64,000 nt of DNA from Coprothermobacter sp. Lineage in GTDB: Bacteria; Coprothermobacterota; Coprothermobacteria; Coprothermobacterales; Coprothermobacteraceae. Below the pieces are notes generated by a model. That model searched no databases and had not been told where the DNA came from. It worked only from the letters and a program-made list of their open reading frames with translations. Of the stretch, positions 9,497 through 19,823 are shown one piece after another. Made by a program: the position numbers and the translations under genes. Every line of letters begins with the position of its first letter. Positions within the stretch are counted from its first letter, which is position 1. Location: positions 617-64,616 of the forward strand of contig DUSQ01000035.1 of NCBI GenBank assembly GCA_012842545.1, written 5' to 3'.

Positions 9497-11072
9497 ACGG
9501 TTCACCTCCTGAGAGTCGGCTGACTAACTCGCTGGCTAACTCCAGCGTTGTGGCGGTAACATACTGCCCAGCTATCATCTTAGCTATTTCGTGGATCCTC
9601 CTTTGACCTTGCAACACGTTTATTTTAACACGCACTTTATCCTCGTTTAATATTCTTTCAACCAAAAAGTGGGTTTGAGCAGCAGCCGCCACTTGCGGAT
9701 TATGAGTGATTAAGATAATCTGCCTACTCTCAGAGACCCGTTTAAGAAGGTTTACAAGTCTGGAGAGGGTTTCTCCGCCAAGACCCGCATCAGGTTCATC
9801 AAATATGAGAACAGAATTGGGAAAGCTAAGCACAACTCTTAATGCCAACAACAGTCTGTTCCTTTCTCCACCAGAAAGATCGGAAGCTGCAACGAATTGG
9901 CCAGACCTCATCATGCCAACTTGCGGCAATTCCACCCCAAGAGAGCTATTCTCGGCAGCTATCCACTGCCACACAAAATCGCCCTCCACGTTAGTCTCAC
10001 GAAGGAACATCTGAATATCCGGTAAAGCTTGCTCTACAGCGGCTCTTCGTATCTTTGCAAGGTCCAAGCCCGCCCTAACAAGCTCAGCTTGCAAAGCCTC
10101 TTTACGCTGAGTGAGCTCTCTCAATCTCTCAGGTAAATTTTCGATTTGCTCAAGTTCAATTTCAAGCTGCTGAATTCTGTGGATGATGGAAGACTCCCCA
10201 AAGCCGTATCTGCGGAAATACTTCTCATATATGAACAATCGCTCGTTAATCTTGTCAACATTCAGCTCATCAACCTCCAGCTCTTCAGCTTCTGACCTCA
10301 ATATTTCCAAACCATGGCGTAGTTCATCAAGAAGCTTCAGAGTGGCAGACGCATCCTCATAAAACTTGCTCAGGGACGAAAGAGCCACACGCAAATCCTT
10401 CAAACCTAAGTAAAATGGTGAATCTTCCTGAAGAATCTCCAGTACCTGTTTTCTTGCTTCAGTTATGCGCTCCTTTTCACTGATTTTTAGTAGTAGGTTT
10501 TTCAGCTCCTCGTATTCTCCTTCCTTAGGACCGAAGGCCTTTAGTTCTTCAAGTTCAGACTGCAGAGTTTCTCTCACTTTTGCAGACTGAGAAAGTTGTT
10601 CTGTAAGCCGTCTTACAGCGTTGTCAACTTCTCTTAGTTGTTCAAAAAGCGAACTGTAAGCACTGCGAAGATCTTCAGATTCAGCAAATGAGTCGAGCAC
10701 GTTAAGAATATCCTCTGGAGATTCCAATATTTTAGAGTCGAACTGTGAAGATAAAATGACACGGTTCTGAAATAGCACTTTGAGCTGTTTCTTGCTAACC
10801 CTCTGGCCGTTTAATTCAAGCATTCGCCTGCTACCACTAAGATGTAGCTTTACTACGTAGTTTTCTGTTCCTTGGGAAAAGTGAACCTCTACCTCACCGT
10901 TCCTAAGAAAAAAAGGAATCTGCAAAGAAAAACCTAGCGCGGAGCCGAGCAGGTTTACGAGTACTGTTTTACCAGTGCCAGTCTCACCGGTAATCACATT
11001 TAAGCCTTTAGAAAAGGGCAGATAAACATCCTCGATGACGTCAGAACCATTAAACCGAATGGCCGAAATCAT
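9471..11072 (-). CDS. recN: DNA repair protein RecN
   Basis: ITGETGTGKT, coiled coil, LSGGE, FDEPDAG and ITHNPQVAA; follows nadK. Confidence 0.92.
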   Translation of the reverse strand: MISAIRFNGSDVIEDVYLPFSKGLNVITGETGTGKTVLVNLLGSALGFSLQIPFFLRNGEVEVHFSQGTENYVVKLHLSGSRRMLELNGQRVSKKQLKVLFQNRVILSSQFDSKILESPEDILNVLDSFAESEDLRSAYSSLFEQLREVDNAVRRLTEQLSQSAKVRETLQSELEELKAFGPKEGEYEELKNLLLKISEKERITEARKQVLEILQEDSPFYLGLKDLRVALSSLSKFYEDASATLKLLDELRHGLEILRSEAEELEVDELNVDKINERLFIYEKYFRRYGFGESSIIHRIQQLEIELEQIENLPERLRELTQRKEALQAELVRAGLDLAKIRRAAVEQALPDIQMFLRETNVEGDFVWQWIAAENSSLGVELPQVGMMRSGQFVAASDLSGGERNRLLLALRVVLSFPNSVLIFDEPDAGLGGETLSRLVNLLKRVSESRQIILITHNPQVAAAAQTHFLVERILNEDKVRVKINVLQGQRRIHEIAKMIAGQYVTATTLELASELVSRLSGGEPFGEVYPGD

Positions 11073-11887
11073 GAACCCAACCAACCAAACTTCTTAATGA
11101 TTCTTTCATAGAAAGACATGGCATCGCAATTAACAAGATGCTCAACGACCTCTCCTGAGCTCCAGATTCTAATTCTTTTGGCAACTGGAAGCTGACAGCT
11201 GGTGCTTCCATCAGCCACAGCAACAGCTCCTTTATACGCCTCAATGACCTGAACACCAATTTCCCGTTCTTCAGGCACTATGAGAGGTCTAAGATTGGTT
11301 TGATGGGGATTTAGGGGTGTTACACAAAAACCTTTCACCGCCCTGTCCATCACAGGACCTCCAGCTGAAAGGTTATAGGCAGTAGATCCCAGCGGCGTAC
11401 TTACGATTACCCCATCACCCACAGCGTACATGACATCCATCCCGTCCACGAGAACCTTAAGTGTTATGGTGGTGTCATAACCAGGCTTTGCGACTACCAG
11501 GTCGTTTATGAAGAAACCAGACCGTGATGTATCGCTTTTTTCCCCCAGCAACCATCTATAGACTGGTAATTCTTCAACCTCAAGCTTGCCTTCAAAGAAA
11601 TCCGTCATGGCTTTCTGGATATCAGGCACATTGTTAGGAAGGAAGTTCAGCCTTCCTGTACCCAGACTCCAGAAAGGCTTATTGAACATGAAAGCCATTT
11701 GGGCTGTTCGCAAAAACGTCCCATCGCCACCGATGGCAACGAACACGTCAGCGTCGTGACAAGATGTTTCCTGGAGACCTCTGTCAAGGGCCATTTGTCT
11801 AAAAAGCTCAACAACCTCAAAAGCCGAAGTTTTCCAAAGATGCGATTCTATGTGAAAAGTTCTAAAGCGCACCGTACCACCCATCAC
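11069..11887 (-). CDS. nadK: NAD kinase
   Basis: GGDGT, GRLNFL and DGVIVSTPLGSTAYNLSAGGP. Confidence 0.94.
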   Translation of the reverse strand: MMGGTVRFRTFHIESHLWKTSAFEVVELFRQMALDRGLQETSCHDADVFVAIGGDGTFLRTAQMAFMFNKPFWSLGTGRLNFLPNNVPDIQKAMTDFFEGKLEVEELPVYRWLLGEKSDTSRSGFFINDLVVAKPGYDTTITLKVLVDGMDVMYAVGDGVIVSTPLGSTAYNLSAGGPVMDRAVKGFCVTPLNPHQTNLRPLIVPEEREIGVQVIEAYKGAVAVADGSTSCQLPVAKRIRIWSSGEVVEHLVNCDAMSFYERIIKKFGWLGS

Positions 11888-11961
11888 AATAAGTTTAATT
11901 CAAAAAGCAAAGAAAACCAAAAACGATTGCCATGTGGGTACCAATAAGGCAAATCCCAGAT

Positions 11962-13854
11962 TTACTTGCCCAGTCTTTTTATTACTAATGACGGTGCTGG
12001 CGAGGAATTTGTAAACAAGTAACTTCTTTTTCCCTGTCTGAAAGGTCGGCGTGAGAACTCTCGCCTCAATACTCTTTTAGCTATGCCATTGGCATCTAGC
12101 TCACACAGACGGAGCAGTTGATCTCTGTTGCCAGCTGGCACAAATGGATCAGCGACTCCTAAAGAATATACGCGAAGCCCAAAACTCCTCAAAAAAGCAG
12201 CAGCCCCATAGTCTTTAATGCCCTCTTCTACCACGTAAATGCTTTCCTTATCCTGCAAATGCTGCAACAAGCCTTCCGGAACCGGACGAACCTGCCAAAG
12301 GCCAAAAACCTCTCCCATTATGCCGTGCTCCTTTAGATGATCCAGGGCACTTACGGCCTGCAACACCATGGGACCATAAGCAACGAATGTGACATCTTGT
12401 CCATAACCCGCATACATAAAACTGCCACGCTTTTCTAGTTCCACCTGCAGCAGTGGTGCTTTGGGGTACCTAACAAAGCAAGGAACGTCTGATTCTAACG
12501 CTTCCTGCAATGAATCCCTCAAGGATTCTTCATCAAAAGGAGCGTAAATGCGACTGTTAGGTATGTGCAAAGCATACGCAATATCCCAAAGACCCTGATG
12601 CGTTGGGCCATCTGAGGGAACAAGTCCAGCTCTGTCTAATGCAAATACCACATGTCTTTTTGGTAATGCCACGTCATGTATGAGCTGATCATAAGCTCGT
12701 TGCATAAAAGTTGAATAGACAGCCACCACAGGCTTAAAGCCGTGAGACGCCATGGCTGTAGCAGTTAGAACTACGTGTTCTTCCGCAATCCCCACATCAA
12801 TAAACCTGTCAGGGTATTTCTCTGCAAACTTACTTAGCCCTGTACCATCAGTCATGGCAGCCGTTAGCGCCACTACGTCAGCGTTCTCCCCAATCTCAGC
12901 CATGAAGTCTCCAAAAGCCTTTGTAAAGGTCCTTGCTTTTTCGCCTGCAATTTCGCCTGTTGTCACGTTGAAAGGGCCAGCACTGTGGAATGCTACCGGA
13001 GATCTTTCTGCTGGTTCGTACCCAGCACCCTTTTTAGTCAAGAAGTGAACCACTGTTGGCTTATCAAAACTTTGGGCTATCTCCAAGGCAACAAGAACAG
13101 ATTCCATGTCATTACCGTCAAATGGCCCTAAATAAACTATCCCAAGTTTTTCGAAGAAGGTATCAAGCTGAAATGCTTCCTTAAGTGCTAATTTTGCTTT
13201 TTCAAGAGCTTCCTCAATGTTTTTGGCACCAGCTTTCCTCAGAGTGCTGGAAACAAAGTTCTTCATGCTCTTGTAAGTACCTGAAGATCTTAGTTTGGCC
13301 AAATAAGCTGCCATAGCTCCAACGTTCTTAGAAATACTGTGTTCGTTGTCGTTCAGTATGATTACTATGGGCAAACCACTAGCACCTATGTTGTTTAAAC
13401 CTTCATAACTGACTCCATTAGTTAAAGCACCGTCGCCCACCACTACGAGAACTCGACCAGGCGTTCCTTTTAGTTTCCTAGCCATGGCTTCACCGTAAGC
13501 CAGACTCAGCCCGGTACCCGCATGACCAGCATAATACTTATCATAAATTGACTCAACTGGATCCGTAAACCCTGATAATCCGCCCAATGTTCTAATGGTA
13601 GGCAGATACTCAGACCTTCCAGTTAATAGTTTATAAGTGTAGCTTTGATGCGATGTGTCAAAAATTACTGCATCTTGGTCAAGATCGAATATTTTAGCTA
13701 TACCCAGGGTTATCTCCACTACGCCCAAGTTGGAGGCTACATGTCCTCCCTGGTTGTGGACCGACTCCAATATGTAACCTCTAATCTCCTGAGCTAAGCT
13801 TTTAAGTGAACTCAGATCATATTGTTTAAGATTTCGGTAATCCGGTATCTGCAT
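11962..13854 (-). CDS. dxs: 1-deoxy-D-xylulose-5-phosphate synthase
   Basis: GGHVASNLGVVE, GDGALTNG, LNDNE, DVGIAEEH and DGPTHQG. Confidence 0.96.
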   Translation of the reverse strand: MQIPDYRNLKQYDLSSLKSLAQEIRGYILESVHNQGGHVASNLGVVEITLGIAKIFDLDQDAVIFDTSHQSYTYKLLTGRSEYLPTIRTLGGLSGFTDPVESIYDKYYAGHAGTGLSLAYGEAMARKLKGTPGRVLVVVGDGALTNGVSYEGLNNIGASGLPIVIILNDNEHSISKNVGAMAAYLAKLRSSGTYKSMKNFVSSTLRKAGAKNIEEALEKAKLALKEAFQLDTFFEKLGIVYLGPFDGNDMESVLVALEIAQSFDKPTVVHFLTKKGAGYEPAERSPVAFHSAGPFNVTTGEIAGEKARTFTKAFGDFMAEIGENADVVALTAAMTDGTGLSKFAEKYPDRFIDVGIAEEHVVLTATAMASHGFKPVVAVYSTFMQRAYDQLIHDVALPKRHVVFALDRAGLVPSDGPTHQGLWDIAYALHIPNSRIYAPFDEESLRDSLQEALESDVPCFVRYPKAPLLQVELEKRGSFMYAGYGQDVTFVAYGPMVLQAVSALDHLKEHGIMGEVFGLWQVRPVPEGLLQHLQDKESIYVVEEGIKDYGAAAFLRSFGLRVYSLGVADPFVPAGNRDQLLRLCELDANGIAKRVLRREFSRRPFRQGKRSYLFTNSSPAPSLVIKRLGK

Positions 13855-14272
13855 GGTATTCCTCATAGCAGGTGCCCATGATGGCATGTACTGCTTTAGC
13901 AAAACTTTCGTCAACATACCGTTTAGCTATGTCTACCCAAGTGCTTACTATGATGGGCATCATCTTTTCGTCGCCGTAGAATCGAGTTTCTACAACGGCC
14001 AGCCGCATTATCATTTTTTCCAAATCACTGTAAGCCGTAAAAGACTTGGACTTTAAATTGTTGTCAATCCAGCTATCAATTCCTTCACGATTTTCAAGAT
14101 AACTATTCAACAAACGCTTTATGTGACGTTTTACCCTGTCTGACTTTGGTAGGACCTCCTTCAGATGTGGCCACAAATCTTCTTCTTCAGTTAAACCCAG
14201 CTCATAGCTGAGCAGTTCCTGCAGTAAGAGTTCCCGACCTACTTCAAAAAACTTACCCCTACTGCTTGACAT
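13826..14272 (-). CDS. nusB: NusB-like antitermination protein (divergent)
   Basis: RELLLQELLSYE, LEKMIMRLAVVE, VDIAKRY and VHAIM patterns; efp-asp23-nusB synteny. Confidence 0.72.
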   Translation of the reverse strand: MSSSRGKFFEVGRELLLQELLSYELGLTEEEDLWPHLKEVLPKSDRVKRHIKRLLNSYLENREGIDSWIDNNLKSKSFTAYSDLEKMIMRLAVVETRFYGDEKMMPIIVSTWVDIAKRYVDESFAKAVHAIMGTCYEEYHADTGLPKS

Positions 14273-14552
14273 TTTCGATTTCCAAAACGATGTCGTAATC
14301 CAGCTCTCTATTAAAATACGCCAGCAGCAGTCTTCTAACAAAATCCTTTATTCTGCTTTTTACTTCACCCAAATCGGCACCTGCTTCTAAGTCCACATTT
14401 ATAGACACTAGCAATTTTTCATCATTGGTTTTAGAAAGCTGAACCCTGTTAAGAGCTTCCTTAGGGGTCATCTTAGCTACTCCAGGTACTTCTGCCAAAC
14501 TCAAGGCCAGAGCCGCCCTTAGGACCCCCATATCTTCAGACCTTAAATGCAC
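14259..14552 (-). CDS. Asp23/Gls24-like protein
   Basis: LAEVPGVAKM and beta-strand pattern; sits between efp and nusB. Confidence 0.65.
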   Translation of the reverse strand: MHLRSEDMGVLRAALALSLAEVPGVAKMTPKEALNRVQLSKTNDEKLLVSINVDLEAGADLGEVKSRIKDFVRRLLLAYFNRELDYDIVLEIENVKQ

Positions 14553-14554
14553 AA

Positions 14555-15115
14555 TTAACCAACCCTTTCTACGTATTCCCCCGTCCGGGTATCCACTCTG
14601 ATAATATCGCCTTCTGTTATGAACAAAGGAACCTGTACAACAGCCCCAGTTTCCAACTTAGCAGGCTTTGAACCTCCCTGGGCGGTATCGCCTCTTACCC
14701 CAGGTTCGGTCTCTACAACCTCTAATTCAACAAAAGTAGGAACTTCTATTCCAACCGCTTTTCCTTGGTAAAACTGAACGTTAACCATCATTCCTTCTTT
14801 TAACCACTGCTGCACATCACTCATTATGTCACCAGAAAGTGTGACCTGCTCATAAGTATCCGTATCCATGAAAACAAAATGCTCACCGTCACTGTACAAG
14901 TATTGCATTTGCTTTGTCTCCAGATATGCCCTCTGGACTTTTTCTCCAGCTCTGAATGTCTGTTCAATGGTTGACCCATCTGATAATTTTTTCATCTTCA
15001 CGCGAACGAAAGCGGAACCTTTACCTGGCTTCACATGCTGAGCGGTCACAATTAAATACAACGTTCCATCCAAATCGATTATAATACCAGGTCTTAAATC
15101 GTTAGTTGAAATCAA
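14555..15115 (-). CDS. efp: Elongation factor P
   Basis: HVKPGKGSAFVR, PGVRGDT and DTRTGEYVER; TTG start with SD GAGGTGA. Confidence 0.97.
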   Translation of the reverse strand: MISTNDLRPGIIIDLDGTLYLIVTAQHVKPGKGSAFVRVKMKKLSDGSTIEQTFRAGEKVQRAYLETKQMQYLYSDGEHFVFMDTDTYEQVTLSGDIMSDVQQWLKEGMMVNVQFYQGKAVGIEVPTFVELEVVETEPGVRGDTAQGGSKPAKLETGAVVQVPLFITEGDIIRVDTRTGEYVERVG

Positions 15116-15140
15116 ATTTCATCACCTCGCGCTTTAGATA

Positions 15141-15149
15141 ATTATACCA
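15141..15149 (-). promoter_or_regulatory. Extended -10 element (TGGTATAAT) upstream of efp
   Basis: Perfect TGnTATAAT overlapping the peptidase stop codon, ~25 nt before the efp start. Confidence 0.55.
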
Positions 15150-16170
15150 TTAAGACTTGCTCTAAGTTGCTTAGCTTATTAATTTTACCCCCTAATATGG
15201 CGTAATCGTCTTCGATCCTCACACCGAATTCACCAGGTAGGTAAATGCCTGGTTCTATGGTAAAGACGTGACCGTCTGTGAGTCGATGTTGCACCCGCGC
15301 GGAAAGCGAGGGGTACTCATGTATTTGAAGCCCAATACCATGGCCTAATCCATGACCGAAGTTGTTACCAAAACCCTTGCTGGCTATGTAATCTCTGGCG
15401 AGAGCATCTAAATCAGAACCAAAGGTGAACTCCTGCGCTTCAGCTGCTAAACGGTGAGCTTCTAGTACTACGTTCAAGATCTCCATGGCCTTTGCATCTG
15501 CATTACCAACAATGACCGTACGCGTTAGATCACTGCAGTACCCCTTATAAACACAGCCCCAATCAATTACAACTAAGTCGCCGTCGTCAATTTTTTTGTC
15601 ACTGGCTACACCATGGGGCAATGCACCTCTCCATCCACTGCCCACTATGGTATCAAAAGCCATTCCCTCGCTGCCTAATTTGCGCGCTTGGTACTCAAGT
15701 TCTGCAACAAATTCCTTCTCGCTTACCCCTGGTCTAATGCTGCTCAAGGATCTTCTGAAAGCCTCTTCCGCTATGAATATGGCTTGCTTTATGTAGTTAA
15801 TCTCCTCAGGAGTTTTTACTGCACGCTGGGAAAGTATTTCCTCACCTATGTCTAAAAGCTTTACTCCCTTTTCCACCAGTTTAGAAGAAAGCCTAAAACT
15901 GATGTATTCACCATTAACTGCAATGGTACCTTTTAGAAAACCTTTGTCACTGAGATAATCGACTAATGGTGGTTTGTATTCAATGACCTCAAAACCTTTG
16001 GTTTCTAAAAGAGCTTGCTCAGTAAAACGAGAGTCCACTAAGAGCAACTTAACATCCCTAGTAACTAACGCATACCCTTCATCACCAGTGAATCCACTCA
16101 ACCAGCGCAGCGTAGGGCGGTCGTTAATAAAGAGTGCATCTGCACCTTGTAACAGACTTTCTATGTTCAT
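15142..16170 (-). CDS. Xaa-Pro peptidase, M24 family
   Basis: LPHG, IDWG, SDLTRT, HGLGHGIGLQIHE, TIEPGIY and GVRIED. Confidence 0.94.
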   Translation of the reverse strand: MNIESLLQGADALFINDRPTLRWLSGFTGDEGYALVTRDVKLLLVDSRFTEQALLETKGFEVIEYKPPLVDYLSDKGFLKGTIAVNGEYISFRLSSKLVEKGVKLLDIGEEILSQRAVKTPEEINYIKQAIFIAEEAFRRSLSSIRPGVSEKEFVAELEYQARKLGSEGMAFDTIVGSGWRGALPHGVASDKKIDDGDLVVIDWGCVYKGYCSDLTRTVIVGNADAKAMEILNVVLEAHRLAAEAQEFTFGSDLDALARDYIASKGFGNNFGHGLGHGIGLQIHEYPSLSARVQHRLTDGHVFTIEPGIYLPGEFGVRIEDDYAILGGKINKLSNLEQVLMV

Positions 16171-16184
16171 GAAGCTACACCTCC

Positions 16185-17195
16185 TTAAATACCACTTAGC
16201 TCTAATAACATTTGAATCATGGGTTTATAAACGGAATAGGTAATTCCAAAAACAGCCAAACCCGCGATCAGAACAGATACCGATTTTAACACTTGTACGT
16301 AGGATGCTATGACTTTTTGTCTTTTTTGCTCCAGCTGAGCAGTAATCGAACTCAACGCTTGACTTAGGACACCATTTTTCTCGGCAATGGCAATGCGCGA
16401 GATTATGCTGGAATCCCAGCGTCCTTTCTCCATGCTCATGGCCATACTTAACCTCTGTCCTGACCGCAGTCTTTCATATAACCTCATTAGTGTTTCCTGC
16501 TCCACTTTAAAAGTGGTGTCTACCTTAGAAAGGGTTAATATGGCAGTCCCCATGGGCAAACCACTCTGCAACATGGATTCCAAGGAGCTAAATAACCATG
16601 AGTCATTGCCTAATCCTTTCACGCTCTTTGGCACTAACTTGGAAACCAGTGCATCGCTAAATGCTACCCACGCGCTACCCATGTTTATCAGAGGAAGCAC
16701 CCACCAAAAGAGCTTCGACAACACGACTAATCGTGTCCAAAAAAGCGGTTCTATTCCCATTGAATAAAGGAAACTCTCCATGAATGGTAAGAAAAATAAC
16801 CAAAATGCGTCCAAAATGAGCGTAACTGTGATAAGCACCAGGCGTGGATAAAAAAGTATTTCCGACACCATCTGATTCCATTTCCTACTTGCTAATATCC
16901 TTGAAGAAACCTCCCGCATGACATGGGGTAAATTCCCTGCTTGTTCAGCAGAACGTATGTACATACTAATAACTGGATCCATGTTAGTATGTATCTCCTT
17001 CAAAGCTTCAGAAAACGAAAAACCCTCTGCTAGTGACTCTTTCAACAGTGTCGGCACAGGGCCATATCTGGACTCCTGACTTAATATGATGACACTATCA
17101 GACAAAGTATATCCTCCCGCCATTAACTGAGCTGCATCGATTAGAAAGTCTTCTGCGTACCGTATAATTCTTCTATTATTACTTCTTTTGAGCAT
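16185..17195 (-). CDS. PilC/GspF/ComGB-family platform protein
   Basis: Two T2SSF repeats (AEQAGNL, AEKNGVL), LFYP and TM segments. Confidence 0.88.
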   Translation of the reverse strand: MLKRSNNRRIIRYAEDFLIDAAQLMAGGYTLSDSVIILSQESRYGPVPTLLKESLAEGFSFSEALKEIHTNMDPVISMYIRSAEQAGNLPHVMREVSSRILASRKWNQMVSEILFYPRLVLITVTLILDAFWLFFLPFMESFLYSMGIEPLFWTRLVVLSKLFWWVLPLINMGSAWVAFSDALVSKLVPKSVKGLGNDSWLFSSLESMLQSGLPMGTAILTLSKVDTTFKVEQETLMRLYERLRSGQRLSMAMSMEKGRWDSSIISRIAIAEKNGVLSQALSSITAQLEQKRQKVIASYVQVLKSVSVLIAGLAVFGITYSVYKPMIQMLLELSGI

Positions 17196-18240
17196 CGATG
17201 AGCCTTTTTAAGACATCAGGATAATTGGCCATTTCAATGGCCTGCTCTACATCGATATACCGTTTCTGTATTAGCTCGAAGAGTCTATTCTCCATAGTAA
17301 CCATGCCAAAAGATGCGCCAGTTTGAATAGAAGATGGGATCTGATGCGTCTTGCCATCTCTAATGAGTGAACGCACTGCAGGAGTCGCAATCAAAATCTC
17401 GTACGCGAGTATCAAACCTCCACCCTTTTTCGGCATCAGCCGCTGTGAGATTATTCCTTCCAATACAGTTGATAATTGAGTACGAACCTGCTGCTGCTGA
17501 TTGGGAGGAAAAACATCCACGATTCTGTCAACACTCTCAGCTGCGGACTTCGTATGCAAGGTTGTCAAGACTAAATGACCTGTTTCTGCTAATGTCAGTG
17601 CAGCGGAAATTGAAGCTAAGTCACGCATCTCGCCCAACATAACCACATCAGGATCTTCTCTAAGCGCTGACCGCAACCCCTCTGCGAAGGAAATCACGTC
17701 ATTACCCACCTCGCGCTGATTCACAATTGATAGGTTGTGTTTGAATGTATACTCAATGGGATCCTCAAGTGTGATTATGTGATACCGGAAAGAGTCGTTG
17801 ATAGTCCTAACCATGGAAGCAAGAGTTGTAGATTTGCCAGATCCAGTTGGACCAGTCACGATGACCATGCCTCTCTTCTTTTTTGCCAAGTCAGTGACAA
17901 TTTTCGGCAGCCCAAGTTCTTCAGAGGAAGGAACGTCAAAAGGTAAACGCCTTATTGCCAATGCCACACTTCCGCGTTGTAGATACACGTTCGCCCTAAA
18001 CCGCCCTAAACCAGGCACACCAAAAGAAAAATCAGCGTTCAGCTGCGATTTGAATATGCTGTCTTGTGTTTTAGGAAGTATCTCCGCAGCCATCGATGCA
18101 GTATCGTCAGCTGTAAGAACTTGATCGCCTAAAGGATGCAGAATTGAATCAATACGCACCATAGGCGGTAGGTTAACCGTTAAGTGAAGATCAGTACCAT
18201 TCAGCTCAGCTGTTTTCCTTAGAAGCTCATAAATGTCCAT
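17179..18240 (-). CDS. pilT: PilT retraction ATPase
   Basis: GPTGSGKSTT, EDPIE, LREDPDV, AETGHL and AVRSLIRD (AIRNLIRE motif). Confidence 0.95.
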   Translation of the reverse strand: MDIYELLRKTAELNGTDLHLTVNLPPMVRIDSILHPLGDQVLTADDTASMAAEILPKTQDSIFKSQLNADFSFGVPGLGRFRANVYLQRGSVALAIRRLPFDVPSSEELGLPKIVTDLAKKKRGMVIVTGPTGSGKSTTLASMVRTINDSFRYHIITLEDPIEYTFKHNLSIVNQREVGNDVISFAEGLRSALREDPDVVMLGEMRDLASISAALTLAETGHLVLTTLHTKSAAESVDRIVDVFPPNQQQQVRTQLSTVLEGIISQRLMPKKGGGLILAYEILIATPAVRSLIRDGKTHQIPSSIQTGASFGMVTMENRLFELIQKRYIDVEQAIEMANYPDVLKRLIDAQKK

Positions 18241-19267
18241 AGTCCACCTCCAGATCACCATCAATTCTAACAACTCGTTCACCACAAAGTAAGAAACTCG
18301 ATAATTGATTCTCAATCGATTCATATGTGAGCCGACTAAGCTCCTCCAAATATGACTGCGCGCAGCTAATAGTCCCATCTCTTACCGCAAACGCAGCTGT
18401 GCGATAAACACGTTCATTGTTTTGTAAACTGATCAAACGCTGATGAACCAAACAGGTCATAGTGGCTTCTAAATCCTGTGGCAACAGCCCAAAGTGCATA
18501 AGCCTTCTAAGTGCATGAGACAAGTCACGGCTATGCATAGTAGCTATAACCAGTCGCGAGGAAAAAGCCGCGTTCATAACTGCTTTCGCTGTTTCTTCGT
18601 CCCTTATTTCGCCAATGGCTATCACATCAGGATCACTTCTTAGCGCCGATCTAATAATCTCTTTGTATCCGAATCCGATCTTCTCCCCTACCTCTACTTG
18701 CACCACACCATTGAGGAACTGTTCCACGGGGTCCTCTAGGCTTATAACCTTCATGTTCGCTCTCCCCAGCGTTTTCAAGGTTGTGTAGTACGTGGACGTT
18801 TTTCCCGAACCTGTCAGTCCAGTTATCAAGACAACACCTTTCCCACGCTTGACTGATCTTTCAAAGACGGCAGCCTGTGTAGAATCCATACCGAGGTCCT
18901 CAAACGAAGGATATAAGTCCTTTGTCGGAAGCCTTAGTGTTAACGATTCTCCGTGAACCGTAGGTAAGATACAAACACGTAGGAACACTGTGTTCTCTCC
19001 ATTGGACAAAGATAAACGAGCATCTTGGGAAACCCTGCTATCAGCAACGTCCAGCCCGCTGGAGAATTTGAAGGCATTTAGTAATCGATCGTATTCGCTA
19101 TGGCTAATGGTATCTTGAAAGCACATATCACCGTTAATGCGCGTGAAAACGTTTACACCATCAGTAGCAGGCACAAAATGGAGATCAGATGCCCCTAAAT
19201 CTTGAGCCATGGCTACATACTCGTTTACACTGCCGTACTGCTTTATGTCATAACCGTTGCGTTCCAA
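18227..19267 (-). CDS. PilB/GspE/ComGA-family assembly ATPase, short form
   Basis: ASDLHF, QDAR, GLTGSGKTST, EDPVE and DPDVIAIGEIRD; likely TTG start at 19267. Confidence 0.88.
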   Translation of the reverse strand: MERNGYDIKQYGSVNEYVAMAQDLGASDLHFVPATDGVNVFTRINGDMCFQDTISHSEYDRLLNAFKFSSGLDVADSRVSQDARLSLSNGENTVFLRVCILPTVHGESLTLRLPTKDLYPSFEDLGMDSTQAAVFERSVKRGKGVVLITGLTGSGKTSTYYTTLKTLGRANMKVISLEDPVEQFLNGVVQVEVGEKIGFGYKEIIRSALRSDPDVIAIGEIRDEETAKAVMNAAFSSRLVIATMHSRDLSHALRRLMHFGLLPQDLEATMTCLVHQRLISLQNNERVYRTAAFAVRDGTISCAQSYLEELSRLTYESIENQLSSFLLCGERVVRIDGDLEVDYGHL

Positions 19268-19269
19268 AG

Positions 19270-19503
19270 TCAGTCTTCCCAACAAGTAACTGAAAAGGAC
19301 TTCACGTTTCCCTGCAACATGCAGCTCACAATAACAAAAATAAGTTCTTTTAGGCAAAAGTTAGTACTTTGAAGAACCATTCTGTAACAATCGTCCGAAA
19401 TACGGCTTGTCCCCATCATAGAATAGGCGTTGTCCAAGCCTTCAATCAACGTCTGGACAACGCCTACATCTTTCTTCCCCAGAATCAGTTCAATCCTGAA
19501 CAC
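19270..19503 (-). CDS. Small hypothetical protein (possibly DUF4911-like)
   Basis: Fills the gap between DUF1292 and pilB on the operon strand; family resemblance by eye only. Confidence 0.5.
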   Translation of the reverse strand: MFRIELILGKKDVGVVQTLIEGLDNAYSMMGTSRISDDCYRMVLQSTNFCLKELIFVIVSCMLQGNVKSFSVTCWED

Positions 19504-19535
19504 GTGAAGTAAGTTCTAACAGTTGAACTGTGTTC

Positions 19536-19823
19536 CTACTCTTCTTCCTCTTCGTCTTCGGCTTCCAAAAGAGCTTCCCAGGCTTCTTTTACTTTTTCGA
19601 ATTCCTCGTCGGATTCTATTTCCACCAGTTGATCGTCCTCTATCCGAAATACCAACAGGTCGCCTTCTTCCTCTACGGGAGCAAAAACTCCGTATAAAGC
19701 TTCACCCACCGACAGTTCCTCAATAAGAGCATATTGATGCTCCACATCGTTTTCGTCTGTGAAGGATATAATTACTTCTTCCATTTCCTCATGGTTGTGT
19801 TCATGTTCATCATTGTGATTCAT
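19536..19823 (-). CDS. DUF1292-family acidic protein
   Basis: IISFTDENDVEHQY and IESDEEFEKV; follows ruvX. Confidence 0.85.
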   Translation of the reverse strand: MNHNDEHEHNHEEMEEVIISFTDENDVEHQYALIEELSVGEALYGVFAPVEEEGDLLVFRIEDDQLVEIESDEEFEKVKEAWEALLEAEDEEEEE

